This document shows, piece after piece, positions 12,315-29,736 of a stretch of DNA of 64,000 bases; positions within the stretch are counted from its first letter, which is position 1; every line of letters starts with the position of its first letter. Made by a program: the position numbers and the translations under genes. The DNA comes from Adineta vaga (Eukaryota > Animalia > Rotifera): contig CP075492.1 in the NCBI GenBank assembly GCA_021613535.1, forward strand, positions 7,812,001 to 7,876,000. The letters are read 5' to 3'. Below the pieces are notes generated by a model. That model was given only the letters and a program-made list of their open reading frames with translations, had not been told where the DNA came from and did no database searches.

Positions 12315-15300
12315 CTATGAAGCTGTATTTGTTTCCAATAATGGTTGAGGTTCAGTGATCGTCTGACGATGTTCAATTTTGTCAGCTTCGCTGAATTCAC
12401 TTTCAAAATCTTCATCGATGAAACTACTTGTATTATCCTGTTCTTCACTGATACTTGATACTGTTGATGTTTGAAGTCTAAAATAATTAAGAATGAATTT
12501 CAATTTATTATCTTATGAGAGAAAGAAAGTAAAGCAGAAAGGAAGGAAGGAAATGTCAAATCCACACAGATAGTATATATATACCAGACTTCATTAAATG
12601 CTCGTATCATATACATTTCAACGAGTCTATTGAGTTTTAGCTGTTTTTTAAGATGACTAAATAAAGATCAACTTACTTAGTCGTTGTATTGCTACTATTT
12701 CCCGGTGAGGAGTTCGATCGATTTCTCGCGACTTCTTCCAAAGCAGTCGTATTTAAAAATGTATGTTGTAATAATGAACTATCAAATTGATCAGGGAGTT
12801 TGGAATAAAAAAAGATATTATCTTTCTTACCTATCATTAAGTGTTATATTTGCATCATATGCATGTGATTGTAATGAACAAGAAGATTGAGTTGTTGGAA
12901 TACTTTGTAGTTTTGTAATTGGTATTCGAGGTGGAATGGGTGGTGCTGGAGGTGGTGGTGGTGCTGGACGGCCCTTCTAAAAAAGCGTTTTAATACATGT
13001 AGAGATAGTTTTCATGGAAGAAATAAACTTACGGCTGATGTTGTTCGTTTGATAGGTTCTTTATTTCCTGTTGGAAGTGTTTTGTTGTGCATAGAATTCA
13101 TATCTGGTGATGGTGGAGTTGCAGGTGATGCATCAACACTGACAAAATTTGGAGGTAAAGTTGTAGACGGAGATGGTGTTGTCGATGAAATCGAACCTTG
13201 TCGACCCGAAAATACACCGAAGATTTTCGAAAGGCCTCGTCTTTGACGACCAGAATTTGTATTGGTATTATCAATGGTTGAATTTGAACCATTATCACTA
13301 CGTGACGTAGAACGATGTTCCACTTGACAATGAATATTTTCAAGATCCGTTGAAATATTTAAATTTTGTCCAATACACAGTGTTTGAGAAAGTTTTCGAA
13401 GTTCTTCACGTTTCAATCGTTGCCTTTGTTGGGCTACTCGACCGCGAAGACTTGGTGATTCAATTGCAATATGTACCGAATTGAGCAATAGCGTGAGAAA
13501 ATAATCTCGAAATGATTTATCACTTTGATACATTCCACCGGGTGGATCAATTGTTTTTGTTACATCGCCACGATGCCAAATACCAATCTACAATAAAAAG
13601 AAAACTAACATTTCAAATAATCTCATGATTCGTTTTACCTTATAATAAACTTGTTCATTGATTTTATGAGGTTGTACAGTAATATATATTTGTGTAACTT
13701 TACCAGAAATAAAATCCGGTGAAAATTCTGCATTTGGTTCTTGAAAAACAATACAAACAAAAGCATTTCCAACTAGACCTTTACGTTCAATACATTGTCC
13801 ATTGGCTTTTGTTGATGGAATAATTGGAGCAATATTAAACATAATTTCATGATTTTTATATTGAGTATAATAAGAATATTCACCATGTAAATCATCTTTA
13901 GTATCAAGATCACCACGACATTTTGTAAAACCTTTCAAACGTACACGATCGGCTAAGATTTGAAGAAAATCTAATAGATCAATGGATAAGAAATCATTGC
14001 TATAGATATCATATTCCATTGTTTGATCTGAACGTTGATAGATAAGACCAATTTTACAGTTATGCCTTTCATCATTTGATTTATCAGATAAATAAATCTT
14101 TTCATTTGCCTGTTAACAAATAGAAGAAAAAAAACCGTGTTTAGTGAGATTTTCATTGCAATCAACTCTCACCTATACTCACTTTTGGATCACCGATCGT
14201 TTTATATGAATGAACTACAGATAGATTAGCTTGATTGAATAAGATTTGAAGAATATTATCTTCATTTGTACTATCAACCATAAACGAAACATCATCATTA
14301 CGATTCGATGTCCTAAGCAAAAAGAAATCAAATTTATATCTTAACAGCATGTTCATTATCAACATATTGTATTACACCATCGTTCGAATTATCGATAACT
14401 ATATAAATTAAATTAACCTTGTATGAATTATATCTATATATGTTTATCACTATTGAACTAACACAGAAATCTACTATCAGATGCTCTTCTATTTTGTTTC
14501 CTGAGTAACTAGGGAAAAGAATATTATCTACTTAGAGTTACAACTACTTCATTAACCTTTTTATACGAATGATCTGTTCGTGTGATACTTATCTATACAA
14601 AGTTTTCCCCTCATTTACATACCGAATAAGTGCTCGTGCTTGGCAATGAACATCCGGATCATCCGTTGATTTGGTATAGAAATAGCGTAATGATGCAATA
14701 AATGGTCCTTCTTGTTCGAGTTCGCCACAATAATTTGTATGAAACTAAATGATACTTATCTTTGTCTTTATTTGGATTAAATATCGATTCACTTACATAT
14801 TCAAAGAAATATTCACGATAAATCTCTGCTATACATAGTGGTGTATGTATTTCAAGTTTGAGTGTTCCACCAGAACGTAGTTCATTGGAATTGCTATCGA
14901 AACAGAATAGCGACGTACCAGAAGATACCGATGATGTTCTGTAATCTTCTTGTATAACAGATGCTAAACGATCATTACTAGTTGTTGAATTTGTTCGGCT
15001 ATTGTTCAGAGTTGAATTTGATAATTTCTATATGAGAAAAATCATGTAAATCCAATGACTTTAGGGGTAGAATCATATTTTTATTAAAAAAATTTTATGA
15101 ATAAAAGAATCTAGGGTTTGTTAATATTTTCGAATACAAAAAAAAGCAATATTTTCTTACTATCATCTGTTGGTTGGAATAATTATTAAAAATTCTCTTT
15201 AATTTTCTCTGAGGTAATGTTGTTGCAGTTGCAAGAATACTAAACAACATGTTTTATTCATGAAAGATCCATTACTCTAATTTAATTTTTTGACCCGATT

Positions 15301-16101
15301 ATATAGCGTCATGTTATCTTTTCTTTTTCTTTGTGCATGACGTCGTTTTAATAAAAAAAACTCTTTGTTTAGCATGACAATACATTTGACTTACCATCGA
15401 TGAAGGTGGTTCGGTTTTCATTGTCATCATGTCGTTGTTATGTAGTGAAGAAGTACTATTGAAACTATTTGTTATTGTACTTGTCTCGTCTCTAGAAAGA
15501 AAGTGTTTTTCACAATAAAAAAAAGAAGAAGAAAATAATGAACGCACAAACACACACACATGTTGAATCTAATATAGAATAATCGACTGCATCTAACTCT
15601 CAGTTACTGATAAGAGAAGAAAAGAATTGTTAGTTTTCTAATGAAAATGACGTTGTTTTAACAACGACATCCTTATCATTATCATCTGCTTTTTATACCC
15701 ATCGTTATAGTAACTTACTTGTTAATGTTTTTCAAATGTTTATTAGAACGAAAAGCATTTGGAAGTAAAGCACTGAAATTAATTTGAGATGTTGAATTTC
15801 GTCGTTCTGAATGATTATTTTGAACTTGTTGTATATGGGATGGTTTTAATTCACTAAATCTTCGATTACGTTTGTTATTCACTTGTTTACATGTCATATA
15901 TGGCATTGATGATAAATCTGTAAGAATATCACCAGAAATTTCTTCTGTACTCGATGTTGTTCGATGCATTGAATGCGAACGTTGTTGATGATTCTTTAAT
16001 GAAAGTCTTGCATATGGATGATGATTATCTGATTGTGATACGGTCGAATTCATTGGTTTTTTACGAAATATACTTCCTTTACTTGGGGAATCAATTGACA
16101 T
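12315..16101 (-). CDS. Rap GTPase-activating protein (Rap_GAP domain), multi-exon
   Basis: FLQILADRVRLKGFTKCRGDLD, HEIMFNIAP, CIERKGLVGNAFVCIVFQE (Asn-thumb region), FRDYFLTLL; upstream exon YREYF...HTNYCG. Exact 5' and 3' exons uncertain. Confidence 0.85.
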
Positions 16102-19100
16102 GATAATATGGAAAGAAATTTTCTAAAAACGAAATTACGATTTATCCTTCTTGATAGAATAAAAAAATATAGCATTGGTTCAAAAGAATACTTTTGTTTT
16201 CTTTTGTAAATGTCAATAGAAGAAAATACTGATGAGTTTTGATTAGAAAAAGGTCATTCTGTTGTGCAAAGAACAAAGCTATCATTTCCTAAATGTAAAA
16301 ATACTTACCATCCATTCGTTTGTCAGCCATATATACGATTATTTTCAATATTCTGTTTTTATTTGTAACGATTTGATTTCTATTCTTTCATGAAAATGAT
16401 ATAGGAATAAATAAATCTTCCGTCACTTTTTCTCCGCCCTTCTCGACGAGAAAGAGAGCGCGAGAGAAAAAAAGAACATACTGCAAGCTGTATTTTTAAT
16501 ATATCTGATACATTCTACTCATATTACTTGCACTTGAGAGAAAAAACAAAAGCAAACGAAATGTATAGCACAATTGAATTCAATTTAACTTAATGTTAAC
16601 ATCTCAACCGTTAATGATATATACATACTAGCAATTATGTTCTGCTTCATTGATCATTCGATGATATACATGAGTCAATAATTAGAAATAGTATATATAC
16701 ATATTGCGCATGCTCTATCTCTTTAGAGAAATTTCTATATATTTGAAATATAACACGTTATATCGGCAATATCAAATTGTTCTTAATAGTAAGAGTAGGT
16801 GGATGAGGAGGTGTGAATAAATACATATATATATATATATATATTGTTATTCGTTGAATATTATATTTTTAAGAGCTTATCACAGGTAACATCGAAGGTG
16901 ATTAAATATATTATTTGCGATGATTCTCTCGAGCTACTCAAATATCCATTATGACTTCTTTTGCTTTTCATGATTACTAATCTGATTTTGAAGCGACTAA
17001 ACTTATTTTTAGCATAACTGCCAGGTAGAGTACTGAAGAATGAGTTCATACTTAGAAAAACCTTAATCTAAACGAGTAGATATTCACTCAAGATGAAAAA
17101 GTGAACAATTCGAATCAATGAAAATTTCAAAATCATCGAAGAAATACTTGGCCTTTCATTTTCTTTTTTTTCAAATTCTAATTGCGTTATTCTTTTTTCT
17201 TCTTCTTCTTCATTTACATTATTTGTCAAGAACAGTCAAGAAGAGAAACATAGAGCTGTCTAGAGCCTTGAAACGTGTCACCTTTTTTTTTTGCAACAAT
17301 TCTGTGATTGTTAGTCTAATTTCTTTTTCGCTTTCTTAGTTATTGATTCTTTTTCTATTTGCACATCTAAAAAAAGATCAAGAGAAAAGTAAATTGATTT
17401 ACTCAAAATTCGAAATCAAACAACGACAAAAAGAAACTCTTATATATATATATAACATCGTCATTTCATTTTAAGAATAGCAAAAATCAACTCGACATAT
17501 GGAAATCTAATTTCTTACCGAATAGATTCTTTGCCATTCATATGTATGCGATTGATAGGTATAGTTTTTTTGTTATGATTATTATGTATGTAAATGTAAC
17601 CTTTTTGCGATGAACTTTTTATATTATTATACATCGATACAAATCAAAATACTACTTATTGTACACAAGATATTATTTGTATATGGTAATTGATCTACTC
17701 ATATCGAATAACCTGAATGATTATGTAAATAGTAAAAACGTTATTGTAAGATTATGAAGGAAAAAAGAAAAAATTCATTATTTATTTCAAAAATATCTTT
17801 TCTATCAATAAAGATAATTAATAGTTTCTAACTAAGAAAGAAAGAGACAGAAAAGAAGAATGTATTAAATTTCTAAGAAGATTAATATCAAAAAGAAAAA
17901 AATGTCATGTTAAAGAGATGGTTAATCTTAACAGAGAAAAGAAAATCATGTTTTCTTATAGTCCAATGTATTGATGCTCTTTTCATAATTAACAATGATG
18001 AAAGACGACATTTGCATTTTGTTCAATTTATTTATAGCAATGCTATATGTACTGAATAAAAAGACGAATGATCAAAATTTCATTGGACGTTTCAATCAAA
18101 TGAAGTCATAGAGTTTGTATTTACATAACTGTTAACATAACACAATCGACTTAGTTGATTATATTCGAGTCAGATGATTCGGAAAATTTGACCTTCGAGA
18201 ATTTTTGCGGTTTAAAACACAGAATCATTTTTATAATAGTTGATTCTTATAATTCATTTGTTAAAAAAATTTCCTCGAGAAAATGCTGTTTGAAATCGAC
18301 TATGTTTATTTTGAACAGGATGACCTTGTCTTCACGTAACTGTACACAAAGAAAGTTAACGTTAGAATCTAATCTTGTAACAGAAATGATCTGATTCTTG
18401 ATATTTATAATAATATGTTCAGATTTTACGTACAAAAAAAATCATCTTGATGTTGAAATCGCAGACGATACAGTGTGCCGCTGTATATTAATAAACTATC
18501 ATTTTTCTGTCAGATTGTTTCATTATATTTGAGTTGAAATGGAATAGAGTTTCATTTTATAAAGTTAATAATTAAATTCTGTCTAAAACATACACTGTTC
18601 TTCAAATATCGCTAATGTAACGAGTATGAATAAAAGAAAACAATCATGAAAATTATATATTTCAGTAAATAGTCGGAAAATAGAATTCGAATGACATAGA
18701 CTTTTTTCAAATTGAATATTGCAAGTTGATTTTATTTCCGAGAATATATGCATCTAAGATTAGAACTAGAAAAATACCTATATCGTTGGTGATTGAACGT
18801 TTATTATCATAGATTTTATTGTTGAATAAAACGAAAGAATAAAATAAAAACTCCATGATTTAATATATTATCGTTTTCATTCGTGACCATTCATCACTAA
18901 TTTGAAATTGCGCATCTATTTGAGGTGAGAAATTGATTTTCATTATAATTTAATACATTCACGAATGTGTAATACTACTTTGAAAATCAAGTTTGAGTGC
19001 ATTCTTTGCATAATGATTTGTTTCGATAGTGAAAGTATACGATACCTTTTTTTAATAATAGAGTTTGACATTTGTGCACTCTTCACGTTTTCTTTGGCCC

Positions 19101-19236
19101 GATATAGTGCATCAAGTGAAATTATTTTTTAGAAGTCTATAAAAAAACTAAGTAACAGAGAATATTTCTTCTTCACTGTTAACTTTTATTTCCTATCATT
19201 TTTAAGAACTCTTTTTGGAACAAAGAAATCAATAGT

Positions 19237-20771
19237 ATGTTGTCATTTTACAATCCTATATTCATTTGGTTTATTCCGATTACTCTCTATTTTCCAATTG
19301 AAGTTCATGGATATCAATCACTTTTTAGTTTATCTGCTTCAGGAAAGAAGTTCTTTTCTGAAAATGAACAAGTTCTACTTGTATCTAACATCAGTACGAA
19401 TTCAAGCATCGAATGTTTGCAGGCATGTCATGCAAATGTCTATTGTCGTGTATTTGATTATGATGGAGAGACAAATCAATGTCGTCTATTCGAAGGTGAT
19501 GTCAATAGTATGGGTATCATTGATGTACCTTCTTCACTATTATCAATTGTTGGTTGGATTCAGTTGAAAAAAGAAGCATTTATCAGTAGAGGCTGGCCCT
19601 GTCATTTTTGCGTGTATGAACGCAATTTGATATGTAGAAATTCAACTTGCCAATGTTTAGCACGCACGTATTTTGATGGATCAATTTGTCGTAGTCAAAA
19701 GTTGTTGGGAGATCAGTGTACTTCTGAAACAGATTGTCGAAATGATGTGAATCTAACTTGTTTATCACGAAAACAATGTGGACGTAAGTTCTCCTAAAAG
19801 AAAATTATGGAAGTTATATATAAATATATAGAGAAACGTTTTTTTTAAATATTCTAGCATTAATTATTCAATCTGGTATTACTGTTGGTGGTTATTCAAA
19901 TGGTTTGCCAGGACTAACCAATGATGCACTTTCGGCTCCATTTGGTGTTGTAGTAGATCAAGATGGTTCATTACTTGTTAGTGATGCTTCAAATGCTCGT
20001 ATTATGCGATTATATGAAGGATCTATAGTGGGCACCGTTGTTGCAGGAACAGGAATTGCAGGTAATGAGTCTACAAGATTTAGTTTTCCTTCGCATTTAT
20101 TTATTGATAACGCGTCGAATGTTTATGTTGGTGATACTCTGAATGGTCGAGTTATGTTATGGTTGAATGGTTCTTCTTCTGGTGTCTCAGTAACAGGTTC
20201 AACACGTATATTAGGTCGAACTATAGGCGTTGCTGTTGATTCACAAAAGAATGTTTATGTAGCTGAAACAGATAATCATCGAGTAACTAAATGGGCACCC
20301 AATGCTACATCTGGTATCGTAGTTGCTGGTACAGGTATATCGGGAATGGATAATCAACATCTCAGTTTTCCTTTTGGACTTTATCTCGATGAAGTACAAT
20401 CGTATCTTTATGTTGCTGACTATGGAAACAATCGTATTCAAAGATTTACTCTTGGAATATCATTGAATGGAACAACTGTAGCAGGTGGAAATGGTTATGG
20501 TTCAAATGATAATCAATTATCTTTTCCTCAAGCAATATGTGTGTCGAAAAAGACCGGTGCAATCTATATTGCTGATACATTCAATAATCGTATTGCACGT
20601 TGGAATGCTGGTGCAACAAGTGGAGCAACACTCGTTGGTATTACTGGAATGTTTGGAACAAATGCAACATTTTTATATGGTCCTGGTAGTGTTACTTTAA
20701 ACAAAAATGAAACATATCTTTATGTTGCCGATTTAAATAATAATCGAATTCAAAGATTTACACTTATTTAA
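19237..20771 (+). CDS. Secreted PAN/apple + Cys-rich EGF-like + NHL-repeat beta-propeller protein
   Basis: Signal peptide, PAN motif (CLQACHANVYCRVFDY...C.L), Cys-rich module, one intron (about 19784-19857), then about 6 NHL repeats (LYVADYGNNRIQRF). Confidence 0.9.
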
Positions 20772-21516
20772 AGTCGTTTTGTACATATACAAAAGCTAAA
20801 CAAACAAAACTTCAATTCATCACATTCATTTCCAATAAAGAAAAGTTATCGATTATTTCCTAATAATTTCTTCTTCTTCTTTTTTTCTGATATATATATA
20901 TATAGAAATAAATAAGAATATATCTTTTCTTCCAAATCTTACCAATGAGAAAGCGCGCGCAAGCACACACACATTAGCACTTAGGAAAAAATAATCATCA
21001 CAAATAACTTGAAAATAACCACAGCAACAACAAGAACAACAATAAAGACATTGAGAAAACGGAAAAATAATAACAAGCTAAACAAAAGAAAGACATACAA
21101 GAAGAAAACAAAAATCTTGTTTTGTTTTGTTTAATTTAGAAGAAAAGAAAGAAAAGAAAGAATCAAGAGATTCATCAATTGAAGATACTGTGTTAAACAA
21201 GACCATTTATCACTAAAATAAAAAGTTATTCAATTAATTTTCTAGTTTTTAAAATCAAATGTTAGTAAAATAGGCACACTCAATAAATAATGTCGATGAA
21301 TCAAATTTAAGATTTGAAAATTTCTCGAAAATGAATTATCTCACACACACACACACTCTCATTTTGTTAGTCAACTTAAAGCATTTTGTCTAGAAAGCTG
21401 TTTCGTACACGCACGCATGTATTATACTATTAACGACTAGTACTACGACGACGACGGAAAAGTTTCTTAAATATATTTCCTATCGATGAAAGGATCATAT
21501 GTTCTATTAAATAGTT

Positions 21517-24002
<2,486 letters not shown>

Positions 24003-25147
24003 TGTTTAAGTTAATTGAAAAGACAAAAAGAAATCAGCTTTTTATATATGATGAGATTTTTCAATGCATAGTTGAGATTTTCTATGCGGAATTTAGAAGT
24101 GCCTGGATTTTATAGAGAAAAAAAATAGAAAAATGAGATAATGGAACTATTTCGTATTGGTCAATGATCTATGCAATCATAGATGCCATATTTATGTCAA
24201 TGTATTGGAAACCAATTCATACGTTGCCATGACATTTGTATTAAAAATGGTGGATAAGTTTTTTTTTTTTGTTGACTTTTGCCATGAAATGAAGGAATTG
24301 TAAGTTTTACTAAGATACAAGGATGTATCGAAGGTAATTTAATATTTATTTTTGTTTCTCAAGATAAAATACTGTATCGAGCGTTTATTAGTCATACTAT
24401 GACCAAAAGGTTTCCTGATAGATTTACTGTAGTTCGATCTTGTATAGTATTACGAAAAGGAATTCGTTTCTAATTTAAATATTTATTTTAAAATATTACA
24501 CAAAAACAAAGATACATTAGATATTTCCAAGCGTTCATACTGTAATTTCGTATAGTAAAGGTTTTTTTGGAAAGTCTATTAGTCTTCGTAAGAAACATAA
24601 AAGGAACTAACAAATAGATAGTCATATTTATTCCTCTACAAAAGTATTGTTTTAGAAACGGTGTGACCGATATCTTTTAAATTACTTCAGTAGTATGCGT
24701 TTCATAGTTCATATTTTTAATTCCAATGTATAAGTAGTTAATCCATATATGAACAAAGATATACTTAGAAAAAATAACAGAACGAAAGTTTATTTATGCC
24801 AGATGAAGAGAAATTAATCATTCATAGTTTTAGTGTGATGTGCAATCTTCTTATCTTTAGATTAGTTTAAGTCGAATTAGTCGTATTATAAAATAAACAA
24901 TTAGATCAATCATTTGTAAAAAAAAAGGAACTTTTTGTTTTCGAATAAAATTTGATAAATTCGTCTTCTATATTCAGAGAAAAAAACATTTTTATTATAA
25001 ATGTCACAATCAGAAATCGAAAGACTCAGTTACTCACGTCTTAAAGACTTTATCTTTTTCTCGATCTATTTCTGTGTGTTCTACATTACGAATTTATATT
25101 TCTAGATATGCACTTTTTTTCCTGTAAAAACTGAAGGATTCTTTTAG

Positions 25148-28100
25148 ATGTACGATCGAGCATCACGTACTTTTCATCAAACAACAGGATGTACACTAGA
25201 TCATGTAGGCCCTGGAACATATGATCATCAACGAAGAAAACTACTTGACGGTAAGCATACTTCTGTTTTCACATGGATTAGTTTTCAAGATTTGTTTTTT
25301 GTTTTACAGAAGGTTATGCTCCATTTTTATCGTTGGCAAATCGCGGACACATATTTTCTAATGATGAAAATCCTGGACCAGGTCAATATGAGCTTCGTAA
25401 TGCTCATCTTTCGACTGTTAAAGTAAGAGATATCTGTTCTAATTGGAATTATCATTTCATCGAAGAGTAAACAAAAGAATCGGTTTCGATTGTCATTTTT
25501 ATTTTTTATTTTCCAAGTACACGTCTAAGAAAAAAAGCTTTTAGTGTAATCAATTATCATCGTTGTTGAACGATGAAATAGTACACTTGAGAAAATAGTG
25601 TTTTGAAAAGATCTTCTTGTCTTGTTTTGTTTTTTTTACTTCGGTAAGAAAAAGAGATAAAATCTGCTTGTTGTTGTTGTTGTTGTTGTTTTTCTTTATT
25701 CCGTGTTGCATAAACGTTCAACTGACATGGCCCGAACCTTTGAACGCTTTTCTTCATTGATATGTGGTTGAAGAGCACTGAGCAGTTCATCGGTTATTGC
25801 ATAAGTTAAAGCAGGACAATCAAGAAATGGTAAAAATGAATTAGCTGTTTCATAAAGATTGAAATATTTTTCCGTAAATCTTTCCAATTGATTATGTTGT
25901 TGTTCTGACCATTGAGAATAATCATTTTTCGTATTACTGAATTTCAATAGAAACAATTTTTTATCGTCATCAGTAACATGTTTACTTTCAAGTAACATGG
26001 TCTTTAAAAATGGTAAATTCCATTCGATTTTATAAGCGGGATTTTCATTTGGAGTATGAACCACAGTAAATAATAATTTCAAAGGATTCAAATGACGCAT
26101 AAGACTTGCTTTTGGTTTGAGAAATGTTGCAGTTGGTGAAGTTGATGATTGTTGCTGATGATGAAGAAGTGGTTTTCCGTGAATTAATGTTAGAAAAAAT
26201 ACGAAGAATATGAACAAGATGAAAATCGTTGATTTGTGCATTGTTATTGATGGAGAACTGTTAGAGCAATCTAAATGTTTGTCTTGGTTTTCCTTGTGTG
26301 TCGATAGCACTCGCAAGTGAGGATGTGTGAAAAGAGAATGAGCAGGAGTAAATCTACAAAACTTTTCTAGTAGAATGAGTGTTTAAAAAGAAAAGAAACA
26401 AGAGAAATATAAGAGAGAATCTTGAACTTGCTTTTATATACTCGAAAAGAAAAGGAAGATGTCACATAAATTATCATTAGATGAATAATATTCTATGACG
26501 ACATCATATCCGTATCGGACGTCCTTTCAAAATTTTATCAACATACGTCATACGTTCTTAGATGCTTGATAAACGAACTTTATCACCGCCCGTAGATTGC
26601 CTCATTAAAGTACGCATCTATTTTTGTTGAAAGTGTTTAAATGATACGAGTAACAATAAGCGACTTTTAATTGTTAGCGAATACGCAAAAGTTAAAAATA
26701 AGTCAGTGAATTCGAATAAAAAAAATAAAACTGGGTTCTATTTTTCTTTATATTTTATTCAGACTACTATACTCGTCGTTTAATTACATATGGTAATATA
26801 ACAAACCACTATAATTTCGCTCTTTCTTGCTATAGCTTTTATGATGATTACATGGTTTTAAATAACCCATTGACCTGTTTTCGCTGTTGACGTAGGTTTG
26901 TTCTCTTTTAGGGAGGTAGTACACTTGCCAATCGAGCTAGTCGTTTCAGTTCTAAACCATCAGAAGATACACCAGGTATATACAAAAACAAAAAATCAAT
27001 TGATATCTTAAATATTTCTGTTCAATATTTCAGGACCTGGTGCATATGAACTTCGAAAAAGTCAATCGGCTCGTGTTACAGCTGCAGATATCAATAAAGT
27101 AAATAGTACTTATGACCTCGAAATAGTATCTTTATAACTATCCATTATAGCAACCACGTCAAAATCTACTGAAATACAATCGAAAATCGCTCCCACCTTC
27201 GATTCCTGATCCAAAATATGCTTATGGTTTCGAAGAAGATAATGCAGGTGTTTTAGTACCACAAAAACCACCAACTAGAGATGGTTCTATAGGTCCAGCT
27301 TTCTATAATCCACCACCGAATGTTTGTTACAATGTCATTCATGCGAAGAGAACAAGAGGGAAAATATTTTATTTTTCTATCAAATAGGTTGAAGTCGATG
27401 CTACGAAACTCTATCATGGTGTTCATTTCGGAAAATATTCAGGTAAACGTACAGATTTTGCTGGTAAAAATGGACCTGGTCCAGGCGAATATGATCCAAC
27501 TGATCCTGTTAAACTTGAAATTCATCATATAAATATGAAATCAACCGATCGTCGACCCGAATTACAAGTTGCACGATATCCTGATAATATTCTCAAAACA
27601 GCTAATAAAGAAGTAATACTTAATAGGAAAAAACTCAGTCATGCTAAAAAAAATGTTTTTATCTTTTGCATTAGAGTATACCAGGACCAGGTCAATATGC
27701 AATTAGACGTGAATTAGACCCAGAACCAAGTAAAGGTGATATAATTGGATTAGAATTCGAACGACCGCCATTTGGTTCACAAACAAAAGTAATATTTTCT
27801 ACGAAGAAAATTCTGACAAATTTTAACTCTACTTTTTCTTTCATATTCTTAGCGATTTGATAATGTATCATCGGATGTACCTGGTCCGGCATCGTATAAT
27901 GATAAATTTATGTCTGCATTTAATGGTTCTCAATCAAAACCATCAAGTTTAAAACGAAATCCTTTTAATCAAACATCAGCAAGATTTATTACTGTGGATT
28001 ATAAAGCAAGAAGTGCTCCGGGACCTGGTCAATATCGTATTGCTGGTTTCGCTGATGAAAATTTACGAAAAGCAGTTGTAGAAAGTGGTAAAAAGCCACC

Positions 28101-28868
28101 ATTCAATGTCGCATCTGTTCGAGGATTAAATATGACACGAAAAGATGAATATAATGCACCAGGTAAATCATCTATCTCATATTTAATTTTGACTATTAGT
28201 ACTATCTGTATAGGTCCAAGTAGTTACGATATTAAAACAACACCATTTAAATCAAAAATCGAACATCAAACCGCCAATTTTTCGTCCAATACTACACGAG
28301 AACTTGTTGTTGAAGTAAATCAAAATAGTTGCCATCATAATGATTGTTTGCTTGTTTATTTCCTCGAAAGGATATTCCGGGACCAACAGCATATGATGTT
28401 TCACGTGCTTATCAAGCACTTACATCTTCTCATAGACAAGGACCTCGTTCTAAGAATGCCCGTAAACGACATGCCAATTTTTAAGTGCAGCAAAACGAAC
28501 ATTTGCTGGTGATGCACCAAGTGAAACACCTGGACCTGGTGCCTATGATGGATATATTATTGAACATGCACGTGGTATTGCACCACCGCGTGATAGTCGT
28601 TTTCGTTATGAAACTTCCAAAGCACCAGGACCTGCTGATTACGAAGTAAGACAATGTAACGAATGATTTCTTGCATTCAATTTCTTTATTTTAGTTATCA
28701 CCACTTCTTCAAGATACTGTTCTTCGGGGTACATTTAATACAACATTGAATAATCCTGTTTTAACTAAGTTACATAGTCGCGCCTTACGTGAAGAGAAAT
28801 CATCGACTATGAATACTAAACCTATTGGTACTAGTGATGATACCGAAGAAGTAGTTGTTCACGCTTAA
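25148..28868 (+). CDS. STPG2: Sperm-tail PG-rich repeat (SHIPPO-repeat) protein, STPG2-like
   Basis: MYDRASR...VGPGTYD, PFLSLANR, PSIP...YGFEE and many PGPGxY repeats; apparent 1-nt frameshift in a T run at 28478-28482. Confidence 0.85.
25696..26241 (-). CDS. Intronless secreted protein of unknown function, nested antisense in an STPG2 intron
   Basis: 181-aa ORF from ATG 26241 with a signal peptide (MHKSTIFILFIFFVFFLTLIHG), two C-terminal Cys and an upstream TATA box. Confidence 0.75.
   Translation of the reverse strand: MHKSTIFILFIFFVFFLTLIHGKPLLHHQQQSSTSPTATFLKPKASLMRHLNPLKLLFTVVHTPNENPAYKIEWNLPFLKTMLLESKHVTDDDKKLFLLKFSNTKNDYSQWSEQQHNQLERFTEKYFNLYETANSFLPFLDCPALTYAITDELLSALQPHINEEKRSKVRAMSVERLCNTE
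26431..26440 (-). promoter_or_regulatory. TATA box of the nested gene
   Basis: TATATAAAAG on the minus strand, about 190 nt upstream of ATG 26241. Confidence 0.5.
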
Positions 28869-29357
28869 AACTAGCATAACTAAGCACTTGAATTTCTTTC
28901 TTTCTTTCTTTCTATTTTATTCTATTTTTGTGTATACATAAAATAAATACTGAAAAATAATCTAATGCAGTGTGTTGTTTTTTTTATTCTCAAACGAACA
29001 TATCAAAAAAATTGATATCATAATCTTTGAAATAAGAATAAAAGACAACAATATGTTCATTTATGCTTCATTCTTTTTTGATTTATTTGTGTATATATAT
29101 TATGTTTTTTTTGTCAATACGAATAGATTCACACATGGACATCGATGTATTACATGACTGAATGTAAAATACATAAATAAACGTGAACATAATCGAATTA
29201 TAACACAAAACATAAAGAAAAACTAGGAAAAAAGTCGTTGATGCGAAATAAATGACTCTATGTTCGGTTTTCTTTTTTCATATTAATAAAAATAGAAAAA
29301 TGAAAATTTATCTGACTGATTTGATTCGTATAAATGAGAAAAAAAACTCTAGATATT

Positions 29358-29736
29358 TTAATGAAGCCATTCAGATGGTGGTGGTGGTAAATTTGAACAT
29401 GGCGGAGGTAATGAACATTTTCCTTTTGATCCCGGAGAATATACATCTGGTACACAGAAGGATAACAACGATGAATGATCTAGAATACTCATACAAAAAT
29501 CAAGCGATTGATTGGTTCAATATCTTACCTATTCTAGTCTTTTGAAAAGTATACGGTGTTCGATATACAGGCAAGAAATCTTTTGTTCGATAATTATCAT
29601 AGAATTTCGATGACCAGAAAATATATTGTTTTGTTTTCATCATTTGACGATTATTATAGATCGATTTTGATTGATGTTGTGTTTCTCGTGTCGAAATCAT
29701 TGTTTCATAATATGCATCACGATGTCCGGAATACAT
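29358..29736 (-). CDS. Small two-exon orphan gene (109 aa)
   Basis: Exons 29736-29529 and 29479-29358 are joined in frame by a 49-nt GTAAG...TAG intron; product ends CSLPPPCSNLPPPPSEWLH. Confidence 0.55.

Noticed and set aside
16800-19200. Short ORFs in the long intergenic region
   Set aside because: Low-complexity translations, often with non-ATG starts, and no recognisable motifs
19237-20771. NHL-repeat gene as a novel or foreign system
   Set aside because: Secreted NHL-repeat proteins are a known expanded family in bdelloid-type genomes; nothing distinctive here
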